From contig JANXXU010000023.1 in assembly GCA_025350465.1 (NCBI GenBank), positions 15,387 to 79,386 on the forward strand: a DNA stretch of 64,000 bases, in the 5' to 3' direction. Below the pieces are notes generated by a model, which saw only the letters and a list, made by a program, of their open reading frames with translations, did no database searches and was not told the DNA's origin. The position numbers were made by a program, and so were the translations under genes. Within the stretch, counting starts at the first letter, position 1. The number at the start of each line of letters is the position of its first letter. This document shows positions 46,277 through 55,391 of this stretch, one piece after another. Source of the DNA: Alphaproteobacteria bacterium. GTDB taxonomy: Bacteria > Pseudomonadota > Alphaproteobacteria > Micropepsales > Micropepsaceae.

Positions 46277-47448
46277 CGTTTGACCTTAGCGAAATAGGCG
46301 GCAAGCAGCTCTTCGTAGATGCGCGTGAGTTTCTCGAGGTCGGCGAGACTCACGCACTCGTCGACTTTGTGCATGGTCGAGCCGGCAAGACCGAGCTCGG
46401 CGACCGGACAGTGCTCGCGAATGAAGCGCGCGTCCGACGTGCCGCCGGTTGTCGAAAACTTCGGCCGTTGGTTCGTCACGCGCTGCACGGCATCGGCAAT
46501 GACTTGGGTGAACTCACCTTCTTCCGTCAAAAAGGGCTGGGCGCCGCGCGTGAACGCGACCTCGGTCTTGAGGCCTAGCGGGCGTGTCGCCGCCTGCGTC
46601 TCTACCTTGATCCAATCCTCCAAACCTTCGGCCGTCTGCTCGGTATTGAAGCGGATGTTGAACGTCGCCTTCGCTTGCGCCGGAATGACGTTGGCCGCCG
46701 GATTGCCGATATCGATCGTCGTCACTTCGAGATTTGACGCCTGAAATTGCGCGTTGCCGGCGTCGAGCTTGCGTCCGATCAGGCGTTGCAGGGCCGCGAC
46801 AATTCCCGGAACCGGATTTTTCGCGCGCTCCGGGTAGCCGACGTGACCCTGCATGCCGATCACCGTGAGCGTACACGTGAGGCTGCCGCGCCGCCCGATC
46901 TTGACCGTGTCTCCGGCCGAAGCTTCCGCCGTCGGTTCCCCGACGATGCAATGGTCGATGCGCTCGCCCCGCGCCTTCAGCCATTCCAGAACGCGCGCCG
47001 TTCCGTCGATCGCCGGTCCTTCTTCATCGCCCGTGATGAGCAGGCTGATTGAGCCTCCGAATGCCGTTTTGGCGCGTGCGACCGCCGCCACGAACGCGGC
47101 AATCGCGCTTTTCATGTCGGCCGCGCCTCGCCCAAACAATGTGCCGTCTTCGACGCGCGCGTCAAACGGCTGAAAGCGCCACGCCGCAGCGTCCCCCGGC
47201 GGGACAACGTCGGTATGTCCGGCGAAGCAGAAATTGGGCGCGGTCTTGCCCAACCTCGCATAGAGATTCTCGATGCGCGGCCCGCCGGTCGCCGACGGCA
47301 CGCGCGTGCACGCAAAGCCGAGTTCGCCGAGGGCGCGCTCCAGCACTGCGATGCAGCCGTCGTCGTGCGGCGTTACGCTACGGCAGCGGATCAGTTCTTG
47401 CGCAAGCGGCAAGGGGTCGGCAAACCGCGCGCGCTCTTGTGTTTTCAT
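46273..47448 (-). CDS. dapE: succinyl-diaminopimelate desuccinylase
   Basis: M20 peptidase pattern: [34 protein letters not shown]. Length and sequence are typical of DapE. Confidence 0.9.
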   Translation of the reverse strand: MKTQERARFADPLPLAQELIRCRSVTPHDDGCIAVLERALGELGFACTRVPSATGGPRIENLYARLGKTAPNFCFAGHTDVVPPGDAAAWRFQPFDARVEDGTLFGRGAADMKSAIAAFVAAVARAKTAFGGSISLLITGDEEGPAIDGTARVLEWLKARGERIDHCIVGEPTAEASAGDTVKIGRRGSLTCTLTVIGMQGHVGYPERAKNPVPGIVAALQRLIGRKLDAGNAQFQASNLEVTTIDIGNPAANVIPAQAKATFNIRFNTEQTAEGLEDWIKVETQAATRPLGLKTEVAFTRGAQPFLTEEGEFTQVIADAVQRVTNQRPKFSTTGGTSDARFIREHCPVAELGLAGSTMHKVDECVSLADLEKLTRIYEELLAAYFAKVKR

Positions 47449-47518
47449 GGGCCGGATTTAGAACCGTTGACCATAGGCGGTCAATCAGACCACGAACACA
47501 TTAACGCGCGAGGGCAGC

Positions 47519-48388
47519 ATGGCCGGTCGACTTGAAGGTAAGGTAGCGCTCATCACAGGTGCCGCATCCGGTATCGGCCGCGGCACCGTCGATCTCTTCG
47601 TCAAAGAGGGCGCGCGCGTCGTCGCCGCCGACGTGCAGGACGACAAAGGCTCCCGCATGGTAGAGCAGTTGGGCAAGTCCGTGCGTTATGTGCGTTGCGA
47701 CGTTTACGATGAAGCGCAGATTAAGAACGCCGTTGACCTGGCCGTGAAAGCGTTCGGCAAATTGGATTGCCTCTTCAACAACGCCGGCACCGGTGGCCCG
47801 CTCGAGAATGCCGATACGGTCACGGCCGAGGGCTTCGATGCCGTCATGCATTTGCATCTGCGCGCCGCTCTCTTCGGCATCAAGCACGCCATGCCGGCGA
47901 TGAAGGCACGCGGCGGCTCGATCATTTCGACGGCGTCGATCGCCGGCCTCCAGCACGGCTTTGGGCCATTGCTCTATTCGATCGCCAAAGCGTCGATCGT
48001 GCACATGAGCAAGGTCGCCGCCGGCCAACTCGCGCCGTTCAACATTCGTGTCAATTGCATTTGCCCCGGTCTGATCGCCACACCGATATTCGCCAAAGGT
48101 ATCGGCATGGCGACGCAAGTGGCCGATCAGACCGTGGCGGCGGTGGCCACGGCTGCCAAGAACTCGCAACCGATCGCGAGGGCCGGCTTGCCCGAAGACA
48201 TCGCCGAGGCGGCGCTCTTTCTCGCCTCCGACGGTTCGACGTTCGTGACCGGCCAGGCGCTGACTGTCGATGGCGGCATCACCATCGGCCCGACGGGCGA
48301 GCGCCAAGTTCAGGTCTTCGCGCCGATCATGCAGGCGATGGGCATCGATCCGGAAATGTTGCAGCAATTGTTGACGCCGAAGCCTTGA
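47519..48388 (+). CDS. SDR family oxidoreductase
   Basis: TGAASGIGRG cofactor motif, NNAG, and catalytic YSIAK. Confidence 0.85.
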   Translation: MAGRLEGKVALITGAASGIGRGTVDLFVKEGARVVAADVQDDKGSRMVEQLGKSVRYVRCDVYDEAQIKNAVDLAVKAFGKLDCLFNNAGTGGPLENADTVTAEGFDAVMHLHLRAALFGIKHAMPAMKARGGSIISTASIAGLQHGFGPLLYSIAKASIVHMSKVAAGQLAPFNIRVNCICPGLIATPIFAKGIGMATQVADQTVAAVATAAKNSQPIARAGLPEDIAEAALFLASDGSTFVTGQALTVDGGITIGPTGERQVQVFAPIMQAMGIDPEMLQQLLTPKP

Positions 48389-48397
48389 GAGTATCGC

Positions 48398-49225
48398 TTA
48401 GTCTCGCAGCAGCTCGTTGATGCTGGTCTTTGAGCGCGTCCGCTCGTCGACCGTCTTCACGATCACAGCGCAATAGAGCGAAGGCTTGTTCGGCTCTTGC
48501 GGCAATGTGCCTGCGACGACGACCGAGTAAGGCGGCACGTGCCCCGTGTAAATCTGGCCGGTCATGCGATCCACGATTTTCGTCGATTGGCCGAGATAAA
48601 CGCCCATCCCCAACACCGCGCCTTCGCCGACGACGACGCCCTCGGCCACTTCCGAGCGCGCGCCGATGAAGCAATTGTCTTCGATGATCACCGGATTGGC
48701 TTGCAGAGGTTCAAGGACACCGCCGATGCCGACACCGCCGGAGATGTGGCAATTCTTGCCGATTTGCGCGCACGATCCAACCGTCGACCACGTGTCGATC
48801 ATCGTCGCTTCGCCGACGCGCGCGCCGACATTGACGAAGCTCGGCATCAGCACGGCACCGCGCGCGATGAAGGCCGAATGACGCACGATCGCGCCCGGCA
48901 CGGCTCGAAATCCGGCGCGCTCAAAATCCTCCGCGCTCCACGTCAAGAACTTAGAGGGCACCTTGTCGTACCAAGGCGCACCGCCGGCGCCGCCGGGGAT
49001 GGCTTCCATCGCCGTCAAGCGGAACGATAGCAAGACGGCCTTCTTGATCCATTGGTGCGTATGCCACTGGCCGCCCGATTTCTCCGCGACGCGAAAGTCG
49101 CCGCAATCGAGCGCCGCAAGCACTTCCGCCACGGCTTTGCGTGCGGGCCCTTGCGTCGTTGGCGAGAGGCGCTCGCGCTCTTCCCACGCTTCATCGATTG
49201 TTGCTTGCAAAGTGACCCAGCTCAT
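48398..49225 (-). CDS. dapD: 2,3,4,5-tetrahydropyridine-2,6-dicarboxylate N-succinyltransferase
   Basis: [18 protein letters not shown]... N-domain plus left-handed beta-helix hexapeptide repeats. Track ORF trimmed to ATG 49225, which overlaps the upstream stop (ATGA). Confidence 0.9.
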   Translation of the reverse strand: MSWVTLQATIDEAWEERERLSPTTQGPARKAVAEVLAALDCGDFRVAEKSGGQWHTHQWIKKAVLLSFRLTAMEAIPGGAGGAPWYDKVPSKFLTWSAEDFERAGFRAVPGAIVRHSAFIARGAVLMPSFVNVGARVGEATMIDTWSTVGSCAQIGKNCHISGGVGIGGVLEPLQANPVIIEDNCFIGARSEVAEGVVVGEGAVLGMGVYLGQSTKIVDRMTGQIYTGHVPPYSVVVAGTLPQEPNKPSLYCAVIVKTVDERTRSKTSINELLRD

Positions 49226-49920
49226 GTCGCGTTCTCGAATGTCAGGTCCCGAAGAAAAGAGGGCAGATCGTCTGTCTCGTGGTGGACGAAGTCGGCGTAG
49301 TCGGGCGGCGCCGGCGGCCCCTCGTGCCGCCACGGGTGATCCCCTGTAACCAGCACGGTCCTCACGCCAAGCTTGTGCGCCGGGATAAGATTGCGCGGCA
49401 GATCTTCGAACATCGCCGCGCGTCTCGGCTCCGCGGCGAAATGGTCGAACAGTTCGTCATAGGCCTCCACGTGCGGCTTCGGTCGGAACTTGAGCGCGAA
49501 AATGTCCATGACACCATCGAACGATTGCGCGAGGCCGAGCTGACGCGTTATGCGCTCGGCGTGTGCGCTTGATCCGTTGGTGAACACGACCTTGCGTCCG
49601 GGCAGCGCGGCGATGCCTTGCGCAAGTTTCGGATCGGGCGCCAACGCGGAAACGTCGATATCGTGAACGAATCCCAGGAACTCGTGCGGGTCGACCCCGT
49701 GCTCGCTCATCAGCCCGTTCAGCGTCGTACCGTAAGTGCGATAGTAACCCTTCTGAATTGCGCGCGCTTCCTCGTCATCCACGCCGAACCGGGCTCGCAC
49801 GAAGGCGCGCATCCGTTCGTCGATTTGCGTGAACAAACCGCTCGACGGCGGATAGAGCGTGTTGTCCAGGTCGAAGACCCAGAAATCGACGGTTTGGAAA
49901 TCGGCGGCGCGCGGCGGCAT
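49222..49920 (-). CDS. pyrimidine 5'-nucleotidase (HAD superfamily)
   Basis: [11 protein letters not shown] motif I, VFTNGS motif II, and a FEDLPRNL region. Confidence 0.8.
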   Translation of the reverse strand: MPPRAADFQTVDFWVFDLDNTLYPPSSGLFTQIDERMRAFVRARFGVDDEEARAIQKGYYRTYGTTLNGLMSEHGVDPHEFLGFVHDIDVSALAPDPKLAQGIAALPGRKVVFTNGSSAHAERITRQLGLAQSFDGVMDIFALKFRPKPHVEAYDELFDHFAAEPRRAAMFEDLPRNLIPAHKLGVRTVLVTGDHPWRHEGPPAPPDYADFVHHETDDLPSFLRDLTFENAT

Positions 49921-50060
49921 GAGCGGGCGCGAACATGCGTGATCGATCGTCGGCGCGCAACCTGATCTTAACCACGATGTGCCGCGGACCTTTAGTAGGC
50001 CTTAATCCGCTCGCCGATAAAATCGTCGAATTCGCAAAGAACTTGCGAATGGGGAAATCT

Positions 50061-51188
50061 ATGGGCCGTCAGGCTGCCATATCCGTCGCACGCGAATCGC
50101 CTGAGGGGGCGACGGCATCGACCCGCGATGGCACTCCCGTGTCGCAAGCGGCGTTCGCCGGCTTGCCGGCCCTCGTCGTCGCGCATGACGGCGCGTTGAA
50201 ATTCTCCACGGCGCATGCCGCGCCGCTCATCGAAAACGGCGCTCTCAAGGCAGCTGTTGCGCAACATGTAGCGGTGGCGCGGGCCGAAGGCCGCGCCCAA
50301 CTCGCCCGCGTGACCCTCCCCGACGACGGCAATTCGCGCCGTTTCGATCTGACTCTGATGCCGTCCGTCAACGGCGAGGTCTTGATTCTCGCCAAGGAAA
50401 CGTCGTTCGAAGCCAATCTCATTTCGGCCCTGACGATCTCGCGCGAACTCTTTCGCGATCTCGCCGCGTGCAATGTCGACTTTGCATTTGAGACCGACGA
50501 GAGCGGGGCGTTCTCGTGGGTATCGCCTCGCGGCTTGCTGGGATATACGGCGGGCGAGCTTCAAGGCGCACGCCCGGAAAATCTCTTCGGCACGGTCGCC
50601 GGCGTTGAAAGTTTCACCGCGAGCGAGCGCGTCGACGATCTCGAGGTTTGGCTGCACGCAAAAGAGGGCGCGACGCATTGCTTGGTCGTCAGCGCTCTGG
50701 CCGTGCCGGGCGCTAACAACTTGCGTCGTGCGACGCGCGGCGTCGCGCGCGATGTGACCGCCTTGCGCACGCATGAGCGCCAAGCGTGGCGCACCAAGCG
50801 GCGAGACGATTTGGCCGGTGCGATCGTCGAGGCGATGCGCGCTGAAATCGATCCTTCGCGCATGTTGAACATTGCAGCCGCCGCGCTCAAGTCCGCGACA
50901 AAGGCCGATGCAGTCTCGATTGCTTGCAGCGCCAGCAAGCTCAACGCTCAAGCCGGCGCCGTCGACTCCGCGGCACCGCTCAGACTTCACGCCAACGCGA
51001 TCTATCACGGTGCCTACAACGGAACGATCACACTGCTGCGTCGCGAGGGCCGCGATGCGTTCGGTGACGACGAGCGCCAACTCTTGGCGGCGGTAATGCC
51101 GCAGCTCGGCGTCGCTATCGCCTTGGGCGAAACACTCATTGAGCGCTCAACGATCGCCCACAGTCGTACAGAGGTGCTGTCATGCTGA
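50061..51188 (+). CDS. PAS-like domain-containing protein
   Basis: FAFETDESGAFSWVSPRGLLGYTAGELQGARPENLF is a PAS-like segment. A GAF-like C-terminal region is possible. The start is uncertain (50061 after GGGGAA; alternatives 49935 and 50049). Confidence 0.55.
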   Translation: MGRQAAISVARESPEGATASTRDGTPVSQAAFAGLPALVVAHDGALKFSTAHAAPLIENGALKAAVAQHVAVARAEGRAQLARVTLPDDGNSRRFDLTLMPSVNGEVLILAKETSFEANLISALTISRELFRDLAACNVDFAFETDESGAFSWVSPRGLLGYTAGELQGARPENLFGTVAGVESFTASERVDDLEVWLHAKEGATHCLVVSALAVPGANNLRRATRGVARDVTALRTHERQAWRTKRRDDLAGAIVEAMRAEIDPSRMLNIAAAALKSATKADAVSIACSASKLNAQAGAVDSAAPLRLHANAIYHGAYNGTITLLRREGRDAFGDDERQLLAAVMPQLGVAIALGETLIERSTIAHSRTEVLSC

Positions 51189-52459
51189 GACGCCTGATCG
51201 CGAAGATCACCGGCAGCGAGCCCTCGCCGTCGCATAAAATGTCCTACGAGGAGGCGCGAGCGGCGCTCGAGACGCACGCTCACAGGGCGCGTCACTTCTT
51301 GGCCGGCCAATCGGAGATCGAACCGGAGATTCTTTACTACCTAGCGACCGACAAGGCCGCCGAAGTCCGTCGCTCCGTGGCCGCCAATCCTTCGACGCCG
51401 CAGAAAGCCAACCAGCTTCTGGCCCGCGACGGCGATGACGAGGTTCGTTGCGAGCTTGCCAAGAAGATCGGCCGATTGGTACCCGGAATGGATCCGCAGG
51501 AATCACACCGCGTCCGCGAGCTGGCCATCGAGGTCATGGAGAGCCTTGCCAACGATAGTCTGCCGCGCGTGCGAGCGATCCTGGCCGAGGAAATCAAATC
51601 GTCGCGTGACGTTCCCGCCCACATTGTTCGCCGTTTGGCGCAGGATCTGGAACTTATCGTCAGCGCGCCGATCCTGGAGTACTCGCCCCTTCTTTCCGAC
51701 GACGATCTGATCGAGGTCATAGCCGGTGCGCGGGTCGAGGGAAAATTGTCCGCCATCGCGCGGCGCGCATCGATCGGCGTTGCTGTTTCCGATGCGATTG
51801 TAGCGTCGCTCGACGTTTCCGCCGTGGCCGCCTTGCTTGCCAATCCGAACGCCCAAATCCGCGAGGATACACTCGACCGCATCATCGAGAACGCCGCCGA
51901 AGTAGAGGCCTGGCATTTACCGGTCGTGTTGCGAGCCGATCTGAGTCTGCGCGCCGTGCGCCGTATCGCCGGCTTCGTCGCCTCGTCGCTGATCGCGCAA
52001 CTTCAGCAGCGTAGCGATCTCGACGATGAAACAGCGGCGCTCCTCACCAAACGCGTGCGCGAACGCATTGAGGTCGAGTCGCTCAGCGAAGACACCGCCG
52101 CCGGCGACGCGCGCGCCGCTTCCGCCGTACAAGAGGCGATGAACGAAAAACGCTTGGACGACGAATTCGTACTTGCCGCCGTCGATAACGGCGACCGCCG
52201 GCTTGTGGCGTGCGCTTTGAGTTGCCTCGCGAAGATGCCGAAGCCCGTTGTCGATCGAATTTTGCTCAGCCATTCGGGCAAGGCGATCACGGCGCTGGTT
52301 TGGCGCGCGAATCTGGCAATGCGCGTGGCGGTGAAGATTCAGACGGCCCTTGTGCATCTATCGTCGTCGAAAGTCATTCTCGCGCGCGAAGGCGTCCACT
52401 TCCCGCTGTCGACCGAAGAGATGAGTTGGCACTTGCGCTATTTCGGCGTGAAGGATTGA
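51182..52459 (+). CDS. DUF2336 domain-containing protein
   Basis: HEAT/ARM-like helical repeats (EILYYLATDKAAEVRRSVAANPSTP...DGDDEVRCELAKKI...LPRVRAILAEEI) match my recollection of DUF2336. Overlaps the upstream gene by 7 nt. Confidence 0.65.
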   Translation: MLRRLIAKITGSEPSPSHKMSYEEARAALETHAHRARHFLAGQSEIEPEILYYLATDKAAEVRRSVAANPSTPQKANQLLARDGDDEVRCELAKKIGRLVPGMDPQESHRVRELAIEVMESLANDSLPRVRAILAEEIKSSRDVPAHIVRRLAQDLELIVSAPILEYSPLLSDDDLIEVIAGARVEGKLSAIARRASIGVAVSDAIVASLDVSAVAALLANPNAQIREDTLDRIIENAAEVEAWHLPVVLRADLSLRAVRRIAGFVASSLIAQLQQRSDLDDETAALLTKRVRERIEVESLSEDTAAGDARAASAVQEAMNEKRLDDEFVLAAVDNGDRRLVACALSCLAKMPKPVVDRILLSHSGKAITALVWRANLAMRVAVKIQTALVHLSSSKVILAREGVHFPLSTEEMSWHLRYFGVKD

Positions 52460-52517
52460 CCTTCTGGGCCTCGGCTCGCAGCCGCATTTCAAAGTAGCAA
52501 AGCAGAACTCACATCCG

Positions 52518-53723
52518 CTACTGGCCCTGCGGCGGCGCTTCTTCCTTGCGGAATTCGAATATCGCGCCGGCCTGTCCGCCGGTGTCGATCTGTAGAAACC
52601 CGGTTTTCTTGAAGCCCCGGCCTTCGCAATCCTCGGCGCCCTCGATTTCGAACACCTGCGCGCGCGTGCAGAAGTTGAATAGCCCCTTCCACGGTTGGTC
52701 GGTGCTCTCGCCGGAATGTTCGGCAAAGGCATAGACGAAGCGCTCGCCCAGCCGGTCTCGGATCACCTTTTCGCACTGGCCCGGCTGCAGGTGCCACCAG
52801 CCCTTGCTCACCTTCTTGCCTTGCGTCTCGCGTGCGAGGGCCGCCCACACGACGTCTTGCGTCCGATTGCAAAAGGTCAAGCCCAGCGCCGTCTGCGCTT
52901 TCATCGCTTCAGCGTGAAGCTTGCCATAGATCGTCGCGACGTCGTCGGTTGCCGGGATGCCATAGGCCGGACGCGCGAGCGCCAGCGCTTCGGTGAATTT
53001 CGGGGTCACGACGCCGTCGATGTCGCCTTGATATCGTCCCAAATCACTCAGCAACCGTTGCAAGCCGGCGATGCGCGCCTGCTCGTTGGTTTTGTAGGCC
53101 GGACTCTCGCTCAGAATTGTGGTCCAGGACGTCTTGCCGCCTGTTTCGATTTTCGCAAACCCTTGCGGCTCCAAGCCGGGACCACATTGCTCGGTGCCGT
53201 CGCTCGTCGCTTCAAACTGACCTTTGCCGGTGCAGAGCGTTTGATTGCCGCCCCACATGCGAATGGCGCCCGCATGCGCAAAGGACGACTTGGCGAACGT
53301 GTAATAGGACGACTGGGAGAGTCTTCCTTTGATCACGGCCTTGCATTCGCCCGAAGACACCGGCCACCAGCCTCGCGTAGCCCAGAACCCCGTGCTCTGC
53401 CGGATGCCGACCGCAACTTGAATCTCATACGAAGTCTTGTTGCAAAATTGATAGTCGGTGTCGCGCTTGATGGACGTCGCATCGGCATCTGTCCCAACGC
53501 CCGGCACGGTGACGACGCGCGAATGCCCGCGAGAGGGTTTCGCCGGACGGCCCGGCGCCGCCGGCGCGGTTGCGCCGGGAGTCATCGGGATCAGGACTGG
53601 TCGCGCAGGTGCCTCAGTCCCGGCGTCGCTGCCGCTTTGGCCGCTCGGTTGCGCGAGCGCGAGGCTCGACACGCATAGTGCGCTCGCCAGGCCGGACACC
53701 CAAAGCATAGTCTTAAACGTCAC
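52518..53723 (-). CDS. secreted protein: DUF1036 - peptidoglycan-binding domain - DUF1036
   Basis: Signal peptide. Two copies of the pattern CN(K/R)T...V..A......W...GWW.....(E/Q)C..V (FCNKTSYEIQVAVGI...TRGWWPVSSGECKAV and FCNRTQDVVWAALAR...SKGWWHLQPGQCEKV). The central segment IAGLQRLLSDLGRYQGDIDGVVTPKFTEAL is PG_binding_1-like. Confidence 0.75.
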   Translation of the reverse strand: MTFKTMLWVSGLASALCVSSLALAQPSGQSGSDAGTEAPARPVLIPMTPGATAPAAPGRPAKPSRGHSRVVTVPGVGTDADATSIKRDTDYQFCNKTSYEIQVAVGIRQSTGFWATRGWWPVSSGECKAVIKGRLSQSSYYTFAKSSFAHAGAIRMWGGNQTLCTGKGQFEATSDGTEQCGPGLEPQGFAKIETGGKTSWTTILSESPAYKTNEQARIAGLQRLLSDLGRYQGDIDGVVTPKFTEALALARPAYGIPATDDVATIYGKLHAEAMKAQTALGLTFCNRTQDVVWAALARETQGKKVSKGWWHLQPGQCEKVIRDRLGERFVYAFAEHSGESTDQPWKGLFNFCTRAQVFEIEGAEDCEGRGFKKTGFLQIDTGGQAGAIFEFRKEEAPPQGQ

Positions 53724-53750
53724 GCCGCCGTCCTTGCAAAACCGTCGGGG

Positions 53751-54701
53751 TTATTCGCGGACGATCATCGTCCCCGCGCCGTGCTCGGTAAAGAGCTCGA
53801 TCAGCAGGACGTGTTGGATGCGCCCGTCCAAAATGACTGCGGCATGCACGCCGCGCTCGACCGCATCGATGCAGGTTTCAACTTTAGGTATCATTCCCCC
53901 GGAAATCGTGCCGTCGGCGATCAGCGCTCGTGCCTCCTTCGAGGTCAACCGCTCGATCAGGTTGCCTTGGCGGTCCATCACGCCGGGGACGTCGGTTAGC
54001 AGCAGAAGGCGGTTCGCGTTCAGGGCGCCCGCAACTGCGCCCGCAACCGTGTCGGCATTGATATTGAAGGTCTCGCCGTGATGGCCGATGCCAACGGGGG
54101 CGATGACCGCGATCATGTCGGCCTTGACGATCGTCTCGATGACCTGGGTATTGATCTTGTCGGGCTCTCCGACAAAGCCCAAATCGATCGTTTCGATGTT
54201 GCCGGTCGTGGGGTTCGTCCGCGTGCGAACGATTTTTTTGGCCACGATCATCTGACCGTCTTTGCCGGAGATGCCGACGGCCCGCCCGCCCGCATTGTTG
54301 ATGGCGCTGACGATCTGCTTGTTGACGGTGCCGGTCAGCACCATTTCTACGACATCGATCGCCGCTTGGTCCGTCACGCGCAGGCCGTCGACGAAGCTCG
54401 ACTTGATCTCAAGCCTCTTCAGCATCGCGCCGATTTGCGGTCCGCCGCCATGCACCACAACCGGTTCGATTCCCGTTTGGCGCATCAGCACGATATCTTG
54501 GGCGAAGTGCTCGGCGACGCCAACGTCGCCCATCGCATTCCCGCCGTATTTCACCACGACGGTTTTTTGATCGTATTGCAAAATATAGGGCAGCGCTTCG
54601 GTTAGAACGCGCGCCGTCGCTCGCCACTTGGCAAGCTGGCGAAGCCCTTGGACGCGCTCGTCCTTGCCTTGATAGACAGGTTCGTCGGGTTGCGAACTCA
54701 T
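53751..54701 (-). CDS. argB: acetylglutamate kinase
   Basis: TVVVKYGGNAMG, VVHGGGPQI and TDVPGV motifs. Confidence 0.95.
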   Translation of the reverse strand: MSSQPDEPVYQGKDERVQGLRQLAKWRATARVLTEALPYILQYDQKTVVVKYGGNAMGDVGVAEHFAQDIVLMRQTGIEPVVVHGGGPQIGAMLKRLEIKSSFVDGLRVTDQAAIDVVEMVLTGTVNKQIVSAINNAGGRAVGISGKDGQMIVAKKIVRTRTNPTTGNIETIDLGFVGEPDKINTQVIETIVKADMIAVIAPVGIGHHGETFNINADTVAGAVAGALNANRLLLLTDVPGVMDRQGNLIERLTSKEARALIADGTISGGMIPKVETCIDAVERGVHAAVILDGRIQHVLLIELFTEHGAGTMIVRE

Positions 54702-55372
54702 GCACGATCCTTGCCCGCCGCCGCGGGCTTATAGCCCGAATCGGGTGCGAGCGCCACGTCGGCCAACGCCGCGCGCAGCTCCGGCAACCCCGCTCCCGTC
54801 TCTGCGGATGTGACGAAGACGTCGGGATGTCCGGCAGTATGCTTCGAGGTCGCGCTGGTGGTCGCGTTAAGGACGTTGGGGATTTCGGTGGCCGCGATCT
54901 TGTCGATCTTGGTTAGGACCGTTTGAAAAGACACTGCTGCGCCGTCGAGCAAACCCATCATCTCTTCGTCGCTGTCCTTGACGCCGTGCCGGCTGTCGAT
55001 GAGAAGGCAGACGCGGGCCAGCTGCGGGCGGCCCTTGAGATAACCACTGATGAGTTGCCGCCACGCCGCGCTCTGCGCCTTGGCGACGCGCGCAAAGCCA
55101 TAGCCGGGCAGATCGACCAAGATGAGTTGGCGGCCGAGATCGAAAAGATTGATCTCGCGCGTTCGGCCGGGCGTGTTGGACACTCGCGCCAGCGCATTGC
55201 GTCCGGTCAGGGCATTGATCAGGCTCGATTTACCCACATTCGAACGGCCGATGAACGCCACCTCCGGCAGTTCGGTATCCGGCACATCCTCAAGTGACAC
55301 GATCGGCCGCAGGAAGCGGCACTCCTGCGCGAACAGAAGCCGGCCGCGTTCGATCGCTTTGCTATTGCTCAT
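54698..55372 (-). CDS. yihA: ribosome biogenesis GTP-binding protein YihA/YsxC
   Basis: G1 GRSNVGKSSLINAL, G3 DLPGYG, G4 TKIDK. ATGA overlap with argB. Confidence 0.9.
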   Translation of the reverse strand: MSNSKAIERGRLLFAQECRFLRPIVSLEDVPDTELPEVAFIGRSNVGKSSLINALTGRNALARVSNTPGRTREINLFDLGRQLILVDLPGYGFARVAKAQSAAWRQLISGYLKGRPQLARVCLLIDSRHGVKDSDEEMMGLLDGAAVSFQTVLTKIDKIAATEIPNVLNATTSATSKHTAGHPDVFVTSAETGAGLPELRAALADVALAPDSGYKPAAAGKDRA

Positions 55373-55391
55373 CGGCTTGGCGGCGACCGCG

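Noticed and set aside
47501-48367. 288-aa ORF antisense to the SDR gene, plus similar antisense ORFs at 49992..51080, 52695..53678, 55800..56642 and 60600..61289
   Set aside because: Each lies opposite a gene with clear family motifs (TGAASGIG/YSIAK, PAS, DUF1036, YidC core, patatin GTSAG) and shows shadow-frame composition.
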